Source: a candidate division WS6 bacterium GW2011_GWF2_39_15
Lineage (GTDB): Bacteria > Patescibacteriota > Dojkabacteria > SC72
NCBI GenBank assembly: GCA_000993565.1
Contig: LBWK01000002.1
Location: forward strand, 160,620 to 224,619
DNA length: 64,000 nt
Direction of reading: 5' to 3'
A program made the position numbers and the translations under genes. The notes below the pieces were generated by a model. It did no database searches. It was not told where the DNA came from and saw nothing but the letters and a program-made list of their open reading frames with translations. This document shows, piece after piece, positions 37,263 to 47,362 of this stretch. How positions within the stretch are numbered: the first letter of the stretch is position 1; each line of letters opens with the position of its first letter.

Positions 37263-39206
37263 ATGGAGAAACAACCTAAAAAACCTATAATCCAGAGAGT
37301 TCTAGAACCTATTTTCTTTCTTGCACTTCTCTTTATCTACTTTCTAGGTAGTATTGTCTTGTGGGTTGTGAATATAAAAGTATTGCCATTATCGTTCAAG
37401 AAAAATGCTAGTCAGAAGGTAGAGGTATTTTTTGACAATATATATAAGACCTTGGATCCGAAGCATGAGGATTCGATATCAAAGCGAGATCTTATTGAAC
37501 TTGCCGTTAGAAATATGAGAGCCAAGAAGTCGAGAACCAATGTTACTATTGGTGGGATGACCATTGGTATCGCTGCTATTGTTTTTCTCGTTTCAATCGG
37601 TTACGGGGTTCAGGAGATGGTTATTTCAAGAGTTGCAAGACTTGAAGAGATGAAACAGGCGGATATTACTACTCAGGTGGGAGGAAGATTAAAAATAAAT
37701 GATAAAACGATCAGTGATTTTGAGGACATTCCGGAAGTTGTTAAATCTCTGCCTTTAATTTCTGTAGTCGGAAAGATTAGCTATAAGTCTTCAGTCTCCG
37801 ATATGGCTGTTTATGGAGTTACCTCAGAATATCTAAAACAGTCTGCTATTCAGCCGACCAGCGGAAAGATTTTTGAAAGTGACGACCTAATAATTAATAG
37901 TATGATTGAAAACGGTAAGGTTGCCGGTGTGGCAAAAGAGAGCGGATTGGTTGGGAAGGAGATCCGGGCTGTTTCCTTTACGATTAACCCGACTGTCTGG
38001 CTTGAAGTTCATGAGACTCCAGATCTAGGTTCAAAGATTCTGGGATATACTAAACGAGTTGAGGGCTTGTACGAGGGTGTTGAAATTTGGGGCGGCAGTT
38101 ACGGAGCTAAAAAAGGTATTGGAATGGTAGGTGAGGATGTTTCAGGCAAGGTCTTAGGCAAATGGATAGGTTCAGAGTTTCTCCTATGGAAAAAAGGAGG
38201 ATATTCAGATGAAGGTTATCAGGTGCTCAAGGGAGATGAGGATTTTCAGCTTCAGTCAAAAGGTTACATAATACAGGAGGGAGTAAAAGTTGAGCAATCA
38301 TTATTCTCTTCAGTCAAAGTGCTTGGAGTTTCTGATACCTTACCAAAAGTGGAGATCCCATCCGAATCGGGAAGCGGATCAGATATAAATATAAAGAAAA
38401 TCAATCTGGGAGACCAGGCTATAAAAGAAGCCGTTATTAACCGGGCAGCACTTCGAGTGTTAGGTCTCGAAGAGAGTGAGGCAATTGGAAAGGTCTTTAG
38501 TGCCTCATTTGTTGTAGTAGGTGATTTACTTGAAAACCCTGACGAAAAGATAGAATCTAACGAAACTGAGTATACAATTGTCGGAGTAATTCCGGATGAT
38601 AAAACGCCGGTGATATATGTACCATTTATAGATATCCGTTCTTTAGGTGTTGTGAACTACTCGCAGCTCAAATTGGTTGTGAAAGATAAGTCTGATCTTG
38701 TAAAAGTAAGATATCAGGTAGAAGCAATGGGTTATGTTACTAGATCAGTAGCTGATACTGTAAATCAGATTAATAATATCTTTTCTACGGCAAAGCTATT
38801 ATTAGCTCTTTTTGGGTCGATTGCACTTATCGTTGCTTCACTCGGGATGTTTAATACCCTGACCGTTTCTCTCCTTGAACGAACTAGGGAGGTTGGGCTT
38901 ATGAAAGCAATGGGAATGAAGTCTTCAGAGGTAAAAGAGCTCTTTCTCACGGAATCGGTCATTATGGGGGTACTGGGCGGGGTCTTTGGTATTCTGTTAG
39001 GAGTTGTATCCGGAACTATGCTTGGTATCGGTCTTTCTATCTTTGCCGCATTCAAGGGAGGGGGGACAATTGATATATCTGCATTGCCTCTTGCATTTGT
39101 TGTATTTATAATAGCCCTTTCGTTAGCAGTTGGTATCCTTACAGGTTTGTATCCTGCAAAACGTGCCACTAAGATATCCGTATTGGATGCGTTAAGGTAT
39201 GAGTAA
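37263..39206 (+). CDS. ABC transporter permease (MacB/FtsX type) with large extracellular insertion
   Basis: GMTIGIAAIVFLVSIG, LLERTREVGLMKAMG, GLYPAKRA, DALRYE. Confidence 0.92.
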   Translation: MEKQPKKPIIQRVLEPIFFLALLFIYFLGSIVLWVVNIKVLPLSFKKNASQKVEVFFDNIYKTLDPKHEDSISKRDLIELAVRNMRAKKSRTNVTIGGMTIGIAAIVFLVSIGYGVQEMVISRVARLEEMKQADITTQVGGRLKINDKTISDFEDIPEVVKSLPLISVVGKISYKSSVSDMAVYGVTSEYLKQSAIQPTSGKIFESDDLIINSMIENGKVAGVAKESGLVGKEIRAVSFTINPTVWLEVHETPDLGSKILGYTKRVEGLYEGVEIWGGSYGAKKGIGMVGEDVSGKVLGKWIGSEFLLWKKGGYSDEGYQVLKGDEDFQLQSKGYIIQEGVKVEQSLFSSVKVLGVSDTLPKVEIPSESGSGSDINIKKINLGDQAIKEAVINRAALRVLGLEESEAIGKVFSASFVVVGDLLENPDEKIESNETEYTIVGVIPDDKTPVIYVPFIDIRSLGVVNYSQLKLVVKDKSDLVKVRYQVEAMGYVTRSVADTVNQINNIFSTAKLLLALFGSIALIVASLGMFNTLTVSLLERTREVGLMKAMGMKSSEVKELFLTESVIMGVLGGVFGILLGVVSGTMLGIGLSIFAAFKGGGTIDISALPLAFVVFIIALSLAVGILTGLYPAKRATKISVLDALRYE

Positions 39207-39290
39207 AAGTTGATAAGAGCTGGTTTATAGGCTAAAAGAGGGCTTTCATGCTATAATGACGGCACTAAATTAGCCGAGAGTTAATATTGA

Positions 39291-39578
39291 ATGGTCAGAC
39301 ATGGATTTGCCTTAACAGACGAAAAAAGGCCCAATCCTTTCATGGATGAGAAAATAGAAAGAATCTCTGATACTGAGATACAGTTGAATTCTGTGATTAC
39401 AATTGGAGAGGGTGAGCTTACAAGAGCGGACTACATAAATCCTGGGCTGTATTTAGTAAGCCAACTAAGCAAGGTCGAAACCGAATTGACATCTTTATCT
39501 TCTGAAGATCAACCTTTCATTGTTAAAACTTTTGCATTAAAAACTGCTTGGGGACGTGAGGAAGTTTTTGTTGCCTAA
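39291..39578 (+). CDS. Hypothetical protein (orphan)
   Basis: 95 aa; own TGcTATAAT about 35 nt upstream. Confidence 0.5.
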   Translation: MVRHGFALTDEKRPNPFMDEKIERISDTEIQLNSVITIGEGELTRADYINPGLYLVSQLSKVETELTSLSSEDQPFIVKTFALKTAWGREEVFVA

Positions 39579-39633
39579 CAGTAGGTTACTCTCTAAAGAT
39601 ACCTAAATCTAGTATTATCCTGTAAAATTAGGT

Positions 39634-40530
39634 ATGCAAAGCATACAGGACATACTTCAAGATAAAGAGAAGTTTAAGAAAGAGGTTCTCTCTAAACACA
39701 AATATGTAACAAAAGAATTTCAGGATTTTGGTTACAGAGTTGCACTTAAACTAGGAGCACTCAATCAAGTTTCAATGTACATAAGGATGGCAAAGGAGAA
39801 ACCCCGTGTCCACATGGAACAGGCCTTGAGCTTCGCTATTGACTATCCGAATGCAAAGGACAAAGGGAGAATATTCATGTGGAAATTAAAGGAACTCGAG
39901 AAGGAAAGAAACGAAACCCTCAAGACAAGAAATAAATACCTGAGGATTATCCTCTTAGACATAGATGAAGTTCTTATCTTAAATGAACGTTTTAGCAAAA
40001 GGTATTCCAGGGAGTTTAATGTTGATATTGAGATGCTTCGTCCTTTTTTTGAGGAGGCCTTTAACGATTGTCTTACAGGTAAAAAGGATTTGAAAAAGGT
40101 TCTTAAGAAATACCTGAAGGAGTGGAGGTGGCAGGGAACTGCAGATGAGCTTGTGAAATATTGGATTGAAGAGGATCTTAAATATAATCAGGAGATGATA
40201 GACAAGATAAGTGGGCTCAATAAAGATATATATAAAGTGTATATATGTACTAACCAGGAGAAATATAGGACGGAGTATTTAGCAGAGGCTTTAAAAACGA
40301 AAGTTAAACCTGTGAAGGTATTTTCATCTTGTGAGTTGAAAGTTAAAAAGAAAGATCCAAAATTTTTCAAGAAAGTCTTAAAGGAGGTTATTGTTGAACC
40401 CGATCAGGTATACTATATTGATAATGACGATAATAATTTAAATGCTGCTAAAAAGGTTGGGATTAATATTTACAAGTATCCGGACCAAAGCATAAATCAA
40501 TTAATAAAAGATGCTGGTAACAAACCCTAA
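39634..40530 (+). CDS. HAD-family phosphatase fused to an N-terminal helical domain
   Basis: LLDIDEVL, CTNQ, KKDPKFF, YIDNDDNNL; about 100-aa N-domain EFQDFGY...FMWKLKEL. Confidence 0.82.
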   Translation: MQSIQDILQDKEKFKKEVLSKHKYVTKEFQDFGYRVALKLGALNQVSMYIRMAKEKPRVHMEQALSFAIDYPNAKDKGRIFMWKLKELEKERNETLKTRNKYLRIILLDIDEVLILNERFSKRYSREFNVDIEMLRPFFEEAFNDCLTGKKDLKKVLKKYLKEWRWQGTADELVKYWIEEDLKYNQEMIDKISGLNKDIYKVYICTNQEKYRTEYLAEALKTKVKPVKVFSSCELKVKKKDPKFFKKVLKEVIVEPDQVYYIDNDDNNLNAAKKVGINIYKYPDQSINQLIKDAGNKP

Positions 40531-41326
40531 GAAATTTGCAAAAATTGCATATAAAACCTCACAGCTCTTCTTGAGCATGGAACTTACGCATAGAGCTCAG
40601 ATTGCGGCTTGGGTAATTGCGGATTTGTTTCAACCGTTTGTTCTGGCCGTGCTTTGGTCCACAGTTGCCAGAAATGGAGGGGGAGGGTTTACCGGAGATC
40701 AAATGGTTACATACTTTTTTATGGTCGCAGTTGTGAGCAAACTCACCAAAGACTATTCTGACCAGTATATGACTAACAAAATAATGTATGGCGAGTTTTC
40801 AAAATACCTAGTAAAACCCTTCCATTATCTTTCTGAAGTGTTTGGTATAAGTATGGGTTTCAGATTCCTGAGGCTTATCATACTTCTTCCTTTTCTTCTT
40901 ATTACATACCTGTATTTTAAGGACCAGATAATGATTTCCCTTTCCCTTTTACATATAGGGCTATTCTTTCTGGCTGCGATTTTAGGTTTCCTAATTAACT
41001 TTATGCTTGGTAACACTTTTGCACTTGTAGCTTTCTTTATTAAGCAGATATTAGGTATCAGATCATTGTATGAAAACGTAATAACATTTCTTTCCGGTGA
41101 AGTCATTCCGATTCTTGCAATGCCGTTATGGGCTGTATTTATAGTTAAAGGGTTGCCTTTTAGATACACACTCTCGTTTCCGATTGAGATCATAACAAAA
41201 CAGCTCATGGATTTTGAAATTTACAAAGGATTTTTGATTGGAGTACTATGGCTGGTTTTACTGGTTATTTTATATAAAGTTCTATATAGATTTGCTATAA
41301 AAAAATATGAAGCGGAAGGTATCTAG
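40511..41326 (+). CDS. ABC-2 family permease
   Basis: GEFSKYLVKP, LSGEVIP, LPFRY; about 6 TMs. Confidence 0.85.
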   Translation: MLVTNPKKFAKIAYKTSQLFLSMELTHRAQIAAWVIADLFQPFVLAVLWSTVARNGGGGFTGDQMVTYFFMVAVVSKLTKDYSDQYMTNKIMYGEFSKYLVKPFHYLSEVFGISMGFRFLRLIILLPFLLITYLYFKDQIMISLSLLHIGLFFLAAILGFLINFMLGNTFALVAFFIKQILGIRSLYENVITFLSGEVIPILAMPLWAVFIVKGLPFRYTLSFPIEIITKQLMDFEIYKGFLIGVLWLVLLVILYKVLYRFAIKKYEAEGI

Positions 41327-42116
41327 CAAAATTAAGTACTATTTGAATGTGTGGCTGGCTGTACTCAGGCATAGTCTGAGTAAGGCGGGTACATACCGAA
41401 TCGAGGTCCTTGTCCGGTCCCTTAGGGGAATATTTCTTGTGGTTATACAGGTAATTTTTATTAATGCAGTAATGGGTAACCAGGACCATTTTGCCGGATG
41501 GACATTAGACGAGATGTATTTGCTGGCAGGTATCTTTAATGCTGTTAACTATGTTAGTTGGTCACTTTTCTCAATAAATCTTTGGAGGCTTGAAGAGAAG
41601 GTCATGAAAGGAGAGTTTGATTTCCTGCTTCTAAAACCGTTTTCTTCGATTTTCGGAGCTTCCTTTACTGAATTCTTTGTTGATGATGCAATGTCAGCAA
41701 TTTCCGGTTTATTACTCGTAGGATACTATGTAATCAAACACTTTGCAGAGTTAACAATTCTTAATGTAGGAGCCTCTTTAATAATGATCATATGTGCCTT
41801 TTTCATATGGTTTAGCTTTGAGCTTATCTTTGCAAGTTTTGATTTTATCGCGATTAAGAATGGTACGAGAGAAATTAAAAAACAGATTGTGGGAATAGGT
41901 AAGTTTCCTGTTGATATATGGGAAGGGAATTTTAAGATTCTTTTCTATACACTTCTTCCTATAGCATTTGTCGGTACCGTTCCGGCTCAGGCTCTTTTGG
42001 GAAATCTCGACTGGAAGTACATAGTAATGGGTATAGCGATTTCGGTATTATTTCTTTTCATCGCAAAAGTGATTTGGAACCAATGCCTTAAGAGGTATAC
42101 AGGGGCAGGGGGGTAA
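41307..42116 (+). CDS. ABC-2 family permease
   Basis: AGWT, GEFDFLLLKP, FPVDI, LPIAF..TVPA, RYTGAGG. Confidence 0.87.
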   Translation: MKRKVSSKIKYYLNVWLAVLRHSLSKAGTYRIEVLVRSLRGIFLVVIQVIFINAVMGNQDHFAGWTLDEMYLLAGIFNAVNYVSWSLFSINLWRLEEKVMKGEFDFLLLKPFSSIFGASFTEFFVDDAMSAISGLLLVGYYVIKHFAELTILNVGASLIMIICAFFIWFSFELIFASFDFIAIKNGTREIKKQIVGIGKFPVDIWEGNFKILFYTLLPIAFVGTVPAQALLGNLDWKYIVMGIAISVLFLFIAKVIWNQCLKRYTGAGG

Positions 42117-42148
42117 ATCATCTTAAATTAATTTGTTATCATAATCGC

Positions 42149-42700
42149 ATGACAAGAGAAAGAGCTTGGGAGTTAGTAAAAGAGTATACAAAAAATAATA
42201 ACTTAGTTAAGCATATGCTGGCGGTTGAAGCTGCCATGAGGGCATATGCTAAAAAGTTTGGACAGGACGAAGAGAAATGGGGTGTTGTTGGGTTAATACA
42301 TGATTTCGATTACGAGAAAATGGGTGATCAGCACCCATCAGAATGGGGGTACGAGATACTAAGACAGGAGGGTGTGACAGAAGACATGATTGATGCGATC
42401 AAAGGCCATGGGCTTCGGGATGATTCAGCTTCAAGAAAAGATAATATGGCTCGAGCTCTGTTTGCTTCAGATGAGCTTACAGGTTTTATCGTTGCCGTTG
42501 CACTGGTTAAGCCTGATCAGTTATCAGGAGTGGACGTTAAATCTGTTACGAAAAGGTTTAAGGACAAAGGCTTTGCAAGAGGGGTTGTAAGGGAGGATAT
42601 TATAAACGGAGCAAAGGAACTTAATATTGATCTTGATGAACATATACAGTTAGTCATCGATGCAATGAAAGAGATCAAGGAGGACTTAGGATTGAAGTAA
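42149..42700 (+). CDS. HD-domain (HDIG) hydrolase
   Basis: KHMLAVEAAM, GLIHDFDYE, DELTGFI, FARGV. Confidence 0.9.
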   Translation: MTRERAWELVKEYTKNNNLVKHMLAVEAAMRAYAKKFGQDEEKWGVVGLIHDFDYEKMGDQHPSEWGYEILRQEGVTEDMIDAIKGHGLRDDSASRKDNMARALFASDELTGFIVAVALVKPDQLSGVDVKSVTKRFKDKGFARGVVREDIINGAKELNIDLDEHIQLVIDAMKEIKEDLGLK

Positions 42701-42774
42701 ATGGCTCTATAGGGATATAATTTACGCATGTTCCCGCTGAGTATAATTCGCTATAAACTTATTATAGATTAAAG

Positions 42775-43230
42775 ATGCCAAGCCAATCTTTTGCAGATTT
42801 TCTAATGAGTAATGCCTCAGGTTTTGTGGATGAAAGAGCAATGCTCGATGACCATGAACGAAGAGTCCTTGACTTCAAAAATAGATTGTTTGAGATAACA
42901 GGCCTCTCTGTTTATGAACTTGAAGGTATCGAAGCAAATGTTTTGATTGCATGTGTTGCGGAGAATTCGAAACACGATTACGAGGTTCAACTTCATGTGA
43001 TATTTGGAGATAGGACGACTCTTGTGACAAATGGGGGATTCTCAGGTAGGAAAAATGAACTTAAATTTCTTGAAGGGACCCAGCTTTCCGATGCTGATGG
43101 TCTTAAGAAAGCTGTTGTAGGATTGTATATGGCATCCAAAAGCTTGTTAAGTGAAGATAACCAGATAACAAGGGAATTTGTTAAGGATGCTTTGAAACAG
43201 TTGGGAGTTGCAACCAAGTCTTTGAGATAA
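42775..43230 (+). CDS. Hypothetical protein (orphan)
   Basis: 151-aa ATG ORF with upstream TATAAT. Confidence 0.6.
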   Translation: MPSQSFADFLMSNASGFVDERAMLDDHERRVLDFKNRLFEITGLSVYELEGIEANVLIACVAENSKHDYEVQLHVIFGDRTTLVTNGGFSGRKNELKFLEGTQLSDADGLKKAVVGLYMASKSLLSEDNQITREFVKDALKQLGVATKSLR

Positions 43231-43414
43231 TAGGATCATACAGAACTTTCTCCGTGAATTAGTCACAGAGGACTTGAAGGAACGCTAGTCAAATATAATA
43301 GAGCAAGTGATTAGAGAATCCACAATACTATATTGTGGGATGTCCTGTATCTACTCTTGTTGTACAAGCCTATAATATGATACAATTATGCATTGAATTT
43401 ATATCTAGATAAGA

Positions 43415-43912
43415 ATGACTATACTAAATAATACTGACCATATTAACATTCCAGGTTTTAATTCAGAAGTACCTTTTAATGATTTAATGGAAGCCCTTGT
43501 TAATGGGGAAAAAGATGAAACCCCTCTAGGTTTTGGTAAATTCATATTTGATACAATCGGAAATGGTTCCTTGTTTGTGCTTAAGTTTGTGAGGGAATAT
43601 GGATTAGGAAATGCCCGTAAAGCTTACTATTTGTATGAAAAAGATGGTAACGGACAAAAAGGTCATTTAGCTCACGTCGTTATTGCAGATAGTTGTACCT
43701 GTGACAAAGCAATCATAACATTAACTGATCTGGAACCGGCGCTCGGCGGTGATCTTATCCAGTACTATGGCAGGCCGTTTCCTATTGAGGAAGGATGCAC
43801 ACAAAGTTCTGACTTAGGATTTATCTTTTATGTAGAGAGTATGGGTAATAAATTCCGTGCTCCAATGGTAAAGGAAGATGATTTCGAAAAGAAAATGGCT
43901 CGATTTTGCTAA
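43415..43912 (+). CDS. Hypothetical protein (orphan)
   Basis: 165-aa ATG ORF; TGaTACAAT upstream. Confidence 0.6.
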   Translation: MTILNNTDHINIPGFNSEVPFNDLMEALVNGEKDETPLGFGKFIFDTIGNGSLFVLKFVREYGLGNARKAYYLYEKDGNGQKGHLAHVVIADSCTCDKAIITLTDLEPALGGDLIQYYGRPFPIEEGCTQSSDLGFIFYVESMGNKFRAPMVKEDDFEKKMARFC

Positions 43913-44130
43913 TAAGAGGCCTTAAACAGTCCTCAGCTCTTGTGCTGTTCAAGATATCACTTTCTTGATGAGAATATATCTCTTCTCATTTCTTCTTACA
44001 TCCCATATAATATCTTCAGTGAGATATTCATATACAATAATATCTAGTTCCTTCTCATCAGGTCTGTAAAACAGACCTATTAATCATGAAATAAAACTTC
44101 AGACCGATTTTAAATTAATTAGAAAGAAAC

Positions 44131-45402
44131 ATGTTAGATATTAAAAGAATAGTAGAAGATAAAGAAGTGGTGAAGAAAGCCCTTCTTAAGAGAATGGAGG
44201 AGAAAGATTTTAACTTAGATGAGATTACCGATGCATATGATGAAAGAAAGGAGAAGCAGCAGGAGTATGATAACCTGAGAGCCAAGCAGAAAGGATTCAA
44301 TGATCAGATGTCTAAGGTTGAAAAAGGAAGTGACGAATTCAAGAAGTTAATAGTTGAGCTTAAAAATCTCTCAGAAGAAGTAAAAGAAGCCGAAGAGGAA
44401 TTGAGGGAAGCAGAGGAGGAGCTCAAAAAGAAGCTTGAGGTACTACCTAACCTTCCTGATGATGATGTCGTAGGTGGTGGGAAAGAAAACAACAGAGTGA
44501 TAAGGGAGATAGGGGAAAAACCTGAATTTGGTTTCAAAATTAAGGATCATTTGGAGATTGGTGAGGGTCTGGGAATGATAGATATGGATCGTGCAACTAA
44601 GATGGCTGGTTCCAATTTTGCAATGTATACAGGTCTAGGAGCACAGCTAGAGTGGGCGATGATTAACTATTTTATATCTGAACATATAAAAGACGGATAT
44701 AAAATGATTCTTCCACCTCATCTTCTTGTTGAGGAATCCGGATATACAGCAGGACAGCTTCCGAAGTTCAAGGACGATGTTTACTGGGTCCAGGATGGAA
44801 GTATGCTTCTTCCCACTGCTGAGACAGCACTTGCGAATATATATAGAAATGAGCTACTCAATGAAGCAGATCTTCCCATTAAGTTATTTGGTTATACACC
44901 GTGCTATAGGAGAGAAGCAGGGGGATATAGAGCAAATGAAAGAGGATTGCTTCGAATGCACCAGTTTAATAAGGTTGAGATGTTCCAGTATACTACACCT
45001 GAACAGTCAGAAGCTGCCTTGGAAGAGTTACTGAACAAAGCAACAAACCTTGTTGACGGTTTAGGACTTCATTACAGAGTCAGTCAGCTTGCGGCCGCAG
45101 ATTGTTCTGCCGGGGCAGCTAAGACATATGATGTTGAAGTTTGGTTACCATACCTTCAAACATACTATGAAGTGAGTTCAATCTCCAATGTCCGTGATTA
45201 TCAGGCGAGAAGGGGAAACATAAAGTATAAGACTGGTGAAGGAGATAATAAGTATGTTCACATGCTTAATGCTTCAGGACTTGCTACTAGCCGCTTAATG
45301 GTGGCTGTGCTTGAAACTTATCAGAATGAGGACGGCTCACTCACTGTTCCAAAGGCTCTTCAGCAGTTTGTCGGAAAGGAAAAAATAGAGAAGGGTAAAT
45401 AA
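44131..45402 (+). CDS. serS: Serine--tRNA ligase
   Basis: MLDIK, N-terminal coiled coil, LPTAET, CYRREAG, RMHQFNKVE, TYDVEVW, DYQARR, LNASGLA. Confidence 0.98.
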   Translation: MLDIKRIVEDKEVVKKALLKRMEEKDFNLDEITDAYDERKEKQQEYDNLRAKQKGFNDQMSKVEKGSDEFKKLIVELKNLSEEVKEAEEELREAEEELKKKLEVLPNLPDDDVVGGGKENNRVIREIGEKPEFGFKIKDHLEIGEGLGMIDMDRATKMAGSNFAMYTGLGAQLEWAMINYFISEHIKDGYKMILPPHLLVEESGYTAGQLPKFKDDVYWVQDGSMLLPTAETALANIYRNELLNEADLPIKLFGYTPCYRREAGGYRANERGLLRMHQFNKVEMFQYTTPEQSEAALEELLNKATNLVDGLGLHYRVSQLAAADCSAGAAKTYDVEVWLPYLQTYYEVSSISNVRDYQARRGNIKYKTGEGDNKYVHMLNASGLATSRLMVAVLETYQNEDGSLTVPKALQQFVGKEKIEKGK

Positions 45403-45418
45403 TATAATCAGGCACTAA

Positions 45419-45982
45419 ATGGGCTTTTTTCTAGGGTTTATACCTAATGAACAGAGTAATTATGAGGTTAGAAAGGTTGTCGGCAATTTAGGTAGGGTCT
45501 TTGACGGCCAGAATGTAAATGTCCGTTGGGTAAAACCTGAAACGTACCATATAACTCTCGTTTATTTAGGTGAAAGATTAGGCATCATTAAAAAAATGCT
45601 TTTGGATCTTAAACTTAAGAAAATTGTACTTAAAAAGTTCTCCGTTCGGCTTGATAAGGCCAACTTGGGAATACAGAGAAGTTATAAGGAACTTGTATAT
45701 CTTTCATTACTAAGCGGTGGAGATGAGATCAGAGACATGTTATATCAATTGGGCCTTTACGGAATTCGGACAAAGGATTATGAGATATTCATTCCCCATG
45801 TGACATTGGGTCGTGTTAATAAAGTAGTTAGTGATGAAGAGTACAAGAATCTCTCTCTTGATGTAAGGAACGTAAATAAAGACCTGAAAGTAAATGATAT
45901 ACGATTTGATGTAAAAGAAATTCATCTAATTGAATCAAGTGAGGGTAGTATATCTGTAATTAAGAGTTACCCTTTAGTCTAG
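45419..45982 (+). CDS. thpR: RNA 2',3'-cyclic phosphodiesterase (2H family)
   Basis: RWVKPETYHITL and FIPHVTLGR, two HxT motifs. Confidence 0.88.
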   Translation: MGFFLGFIPNEQSNYEVRKVVGNLGRVFDGQNVNVRWVKPETYHITLVYLGERLGIIKKMLLDLKLKKIVLKKFSVRLDKANLGIQRSYKELVYLSLLSGGDEIRDMLYQLGLYGIRTKDYEIFIPHVTLGRVNKVVSDEEYKNLSLDVRNVNKDLKVNDIRFDVKEIHLIESSEGSISVIKSYPLV

Positions 45983-46853
45983 AATCGACTACTTTGATTG
46001 CATCTTTGTCTGTATTGACCTTTATTGCTATTGTATTTCTTTTGAACCAGGTCTTTTGACGTTTGGCGTATTGTCTTGTGTGAAAGTAAATCTGAGACTT
46101 TACTTCCTCAATAGAGCCTTCACCTTTAATATAGGGAACAAACTCTTTCATTCCAATAGTATTAAGACCCTTGAGGTTCTTCCTATCATACTTTGTTAGT
46201 ACCCCCAAAGCCTCTTGTTCAAGACCACTTTTGATCATTATATCAATTCTTTTCTTTATTCTTACCTCCAAAAGTTCCATAGGAAGGTCTTTCAATAGGT
46301 AAATATGTTTAATAGGGGCTCCTTTTAAATCGTTCTTTTGCCCTTTTTCAATTAGCCTTATAATTCGGACACGGTTTTTACTATCACTTTCGTTTAGAGT
46401 ATCAAGATTACTGCCGGCGATCTTTTGCAGAGATTCTAAAGGAAGGGTGTTTAAATATGATCGAGTGTAGATGGACCTTTGGTTATGTTTTAAATCATAC
46501 GAATTTATAAAACTGTCTATATATAATCCGCTGCCTCCTACAAGGATAGGTAATTTATTGGATAGATCTTTTGATGCTAGTAATTTTTTAACATCTCTGT
46601 TAAAAGTCTTTATGTTGTATTCCTTTGACAGAGGAACAAAACCAAATAAGTAGTGTTTTATACCTTGTATTGTCCAAGATCCGTCACTATTTACATGATC
46701 AGGTTTCGGTTGTGCAGTGGCAACCGGAATATCTTTGTATACCTGTCTGGAGTCCGCGTTAATGATAAACCCGTTAAAAGCCTTTGCGAGCTTAATTGCC
46801 AGATCCGTTTTTCCTGAACAGGTCGGACCCGCTACTACAACAATAGGTAACAT
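45960..46853 (-). CDS. miaA: tRNA dimethylallyltransferase
   Basis: GPTCSGKT, INADSRQVY, VGGSGLY, TRQYAKRQKTWF. Confidence 0.96.
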   Translation of the reverse strand: MLPIVVVAGPTCSGKTDLAIKLAKAFNGFIINADSRQVYKDIPVATAQPKPDHVNSDGSWTIQGIKHYLFGFVPLSKEYNIKTFNRDVKKLLASKDLSNKLPILVGGSGLYIDSFINSYDLKHNQRSIYTRSYLNTLPLESLQKIAGSNLDTLNESDSKNRVRIIRLIEKGQKNDLKGAPIKHIYLLKDLPMELLEVRIKKRIDIMIKSGLEQEALGVLTKYDRKNLKGLNTIGMKEFVPYIKGEGSIEEVKSQIYFHTRQYAKRQKTWFKRNTIAIKVNTDKDAIKVVDSRLKGNS

Positions 46854-47362
46854 TATAGCCTTTTGTTAATTATAACGGTATTAATTTCTACGGATATGGC
46901 AGAGATAACAAGACCTAAGATAAAAGGAATTAAATTACTCTGAGGGAAAAGAACGTAGCATGATGCGGTCACAATTATGCCAGCAATTATGAAGTAGATA
47001 GTTTCCCTTACAATCTTTTTAGGAAATTCAAAAGTAGGGTTGGCAGTATCTGTTTTTGTCTTCTTGAGCATATCAATGAAGTATTCCGTGTGTAAAAGTG
47101 TAAGAAGTACAGGCATCCATAAGACAGGTACTACATTTATACCCTTGATACTCACTCCGATTAGTGGGGAAACTATGTATGCAAGAAGCGAAAGGAGTAT
47201 TGGAGGGAGAACTATTATGAGGAGGAACCTTCCCGGTCGTCTTTTTATAATATAAGTATTATATCCGAACATTATGGCTGTAAATAGGGTAATTGTGAGT
47301 ATAAAAGAAAATATTTCAAGCAGTGTATGCATTTGTAAGAGCTCTATTGGATTGTTTATCAT
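46853..47362 (-). CDS. Membrane protein, possible truncated SecF
   Basis: About 5 TMs; coupled directly after the SecD-like gene. Confidence 0.45.
   Translation of the reverse strand: MINNPIELLQMHTLLEIFSFILTITLFTAIMFGYNTYIIKRRPGRFLLIIVLPPILLSLLAYIVSPLIGVSIKGINVVPVLWMPVLLTLLHTEYFIDMLKKTKTDTANPTFEFPKKIVRETIYFIIAGIIVTASCYVLFPQSNLIPFILGLVISAISVEINTVIINKRL

Noticed and set aside
43320-43338. Palindrome CCACAATA-CTA-TATTGTGG resembling an NrdR box
   Set aside because: The half-sites are 3 nt too far apart for the 16-bp NrdR box, it is a single copy, and no nrd gene is nearby; more likely a hairpin.
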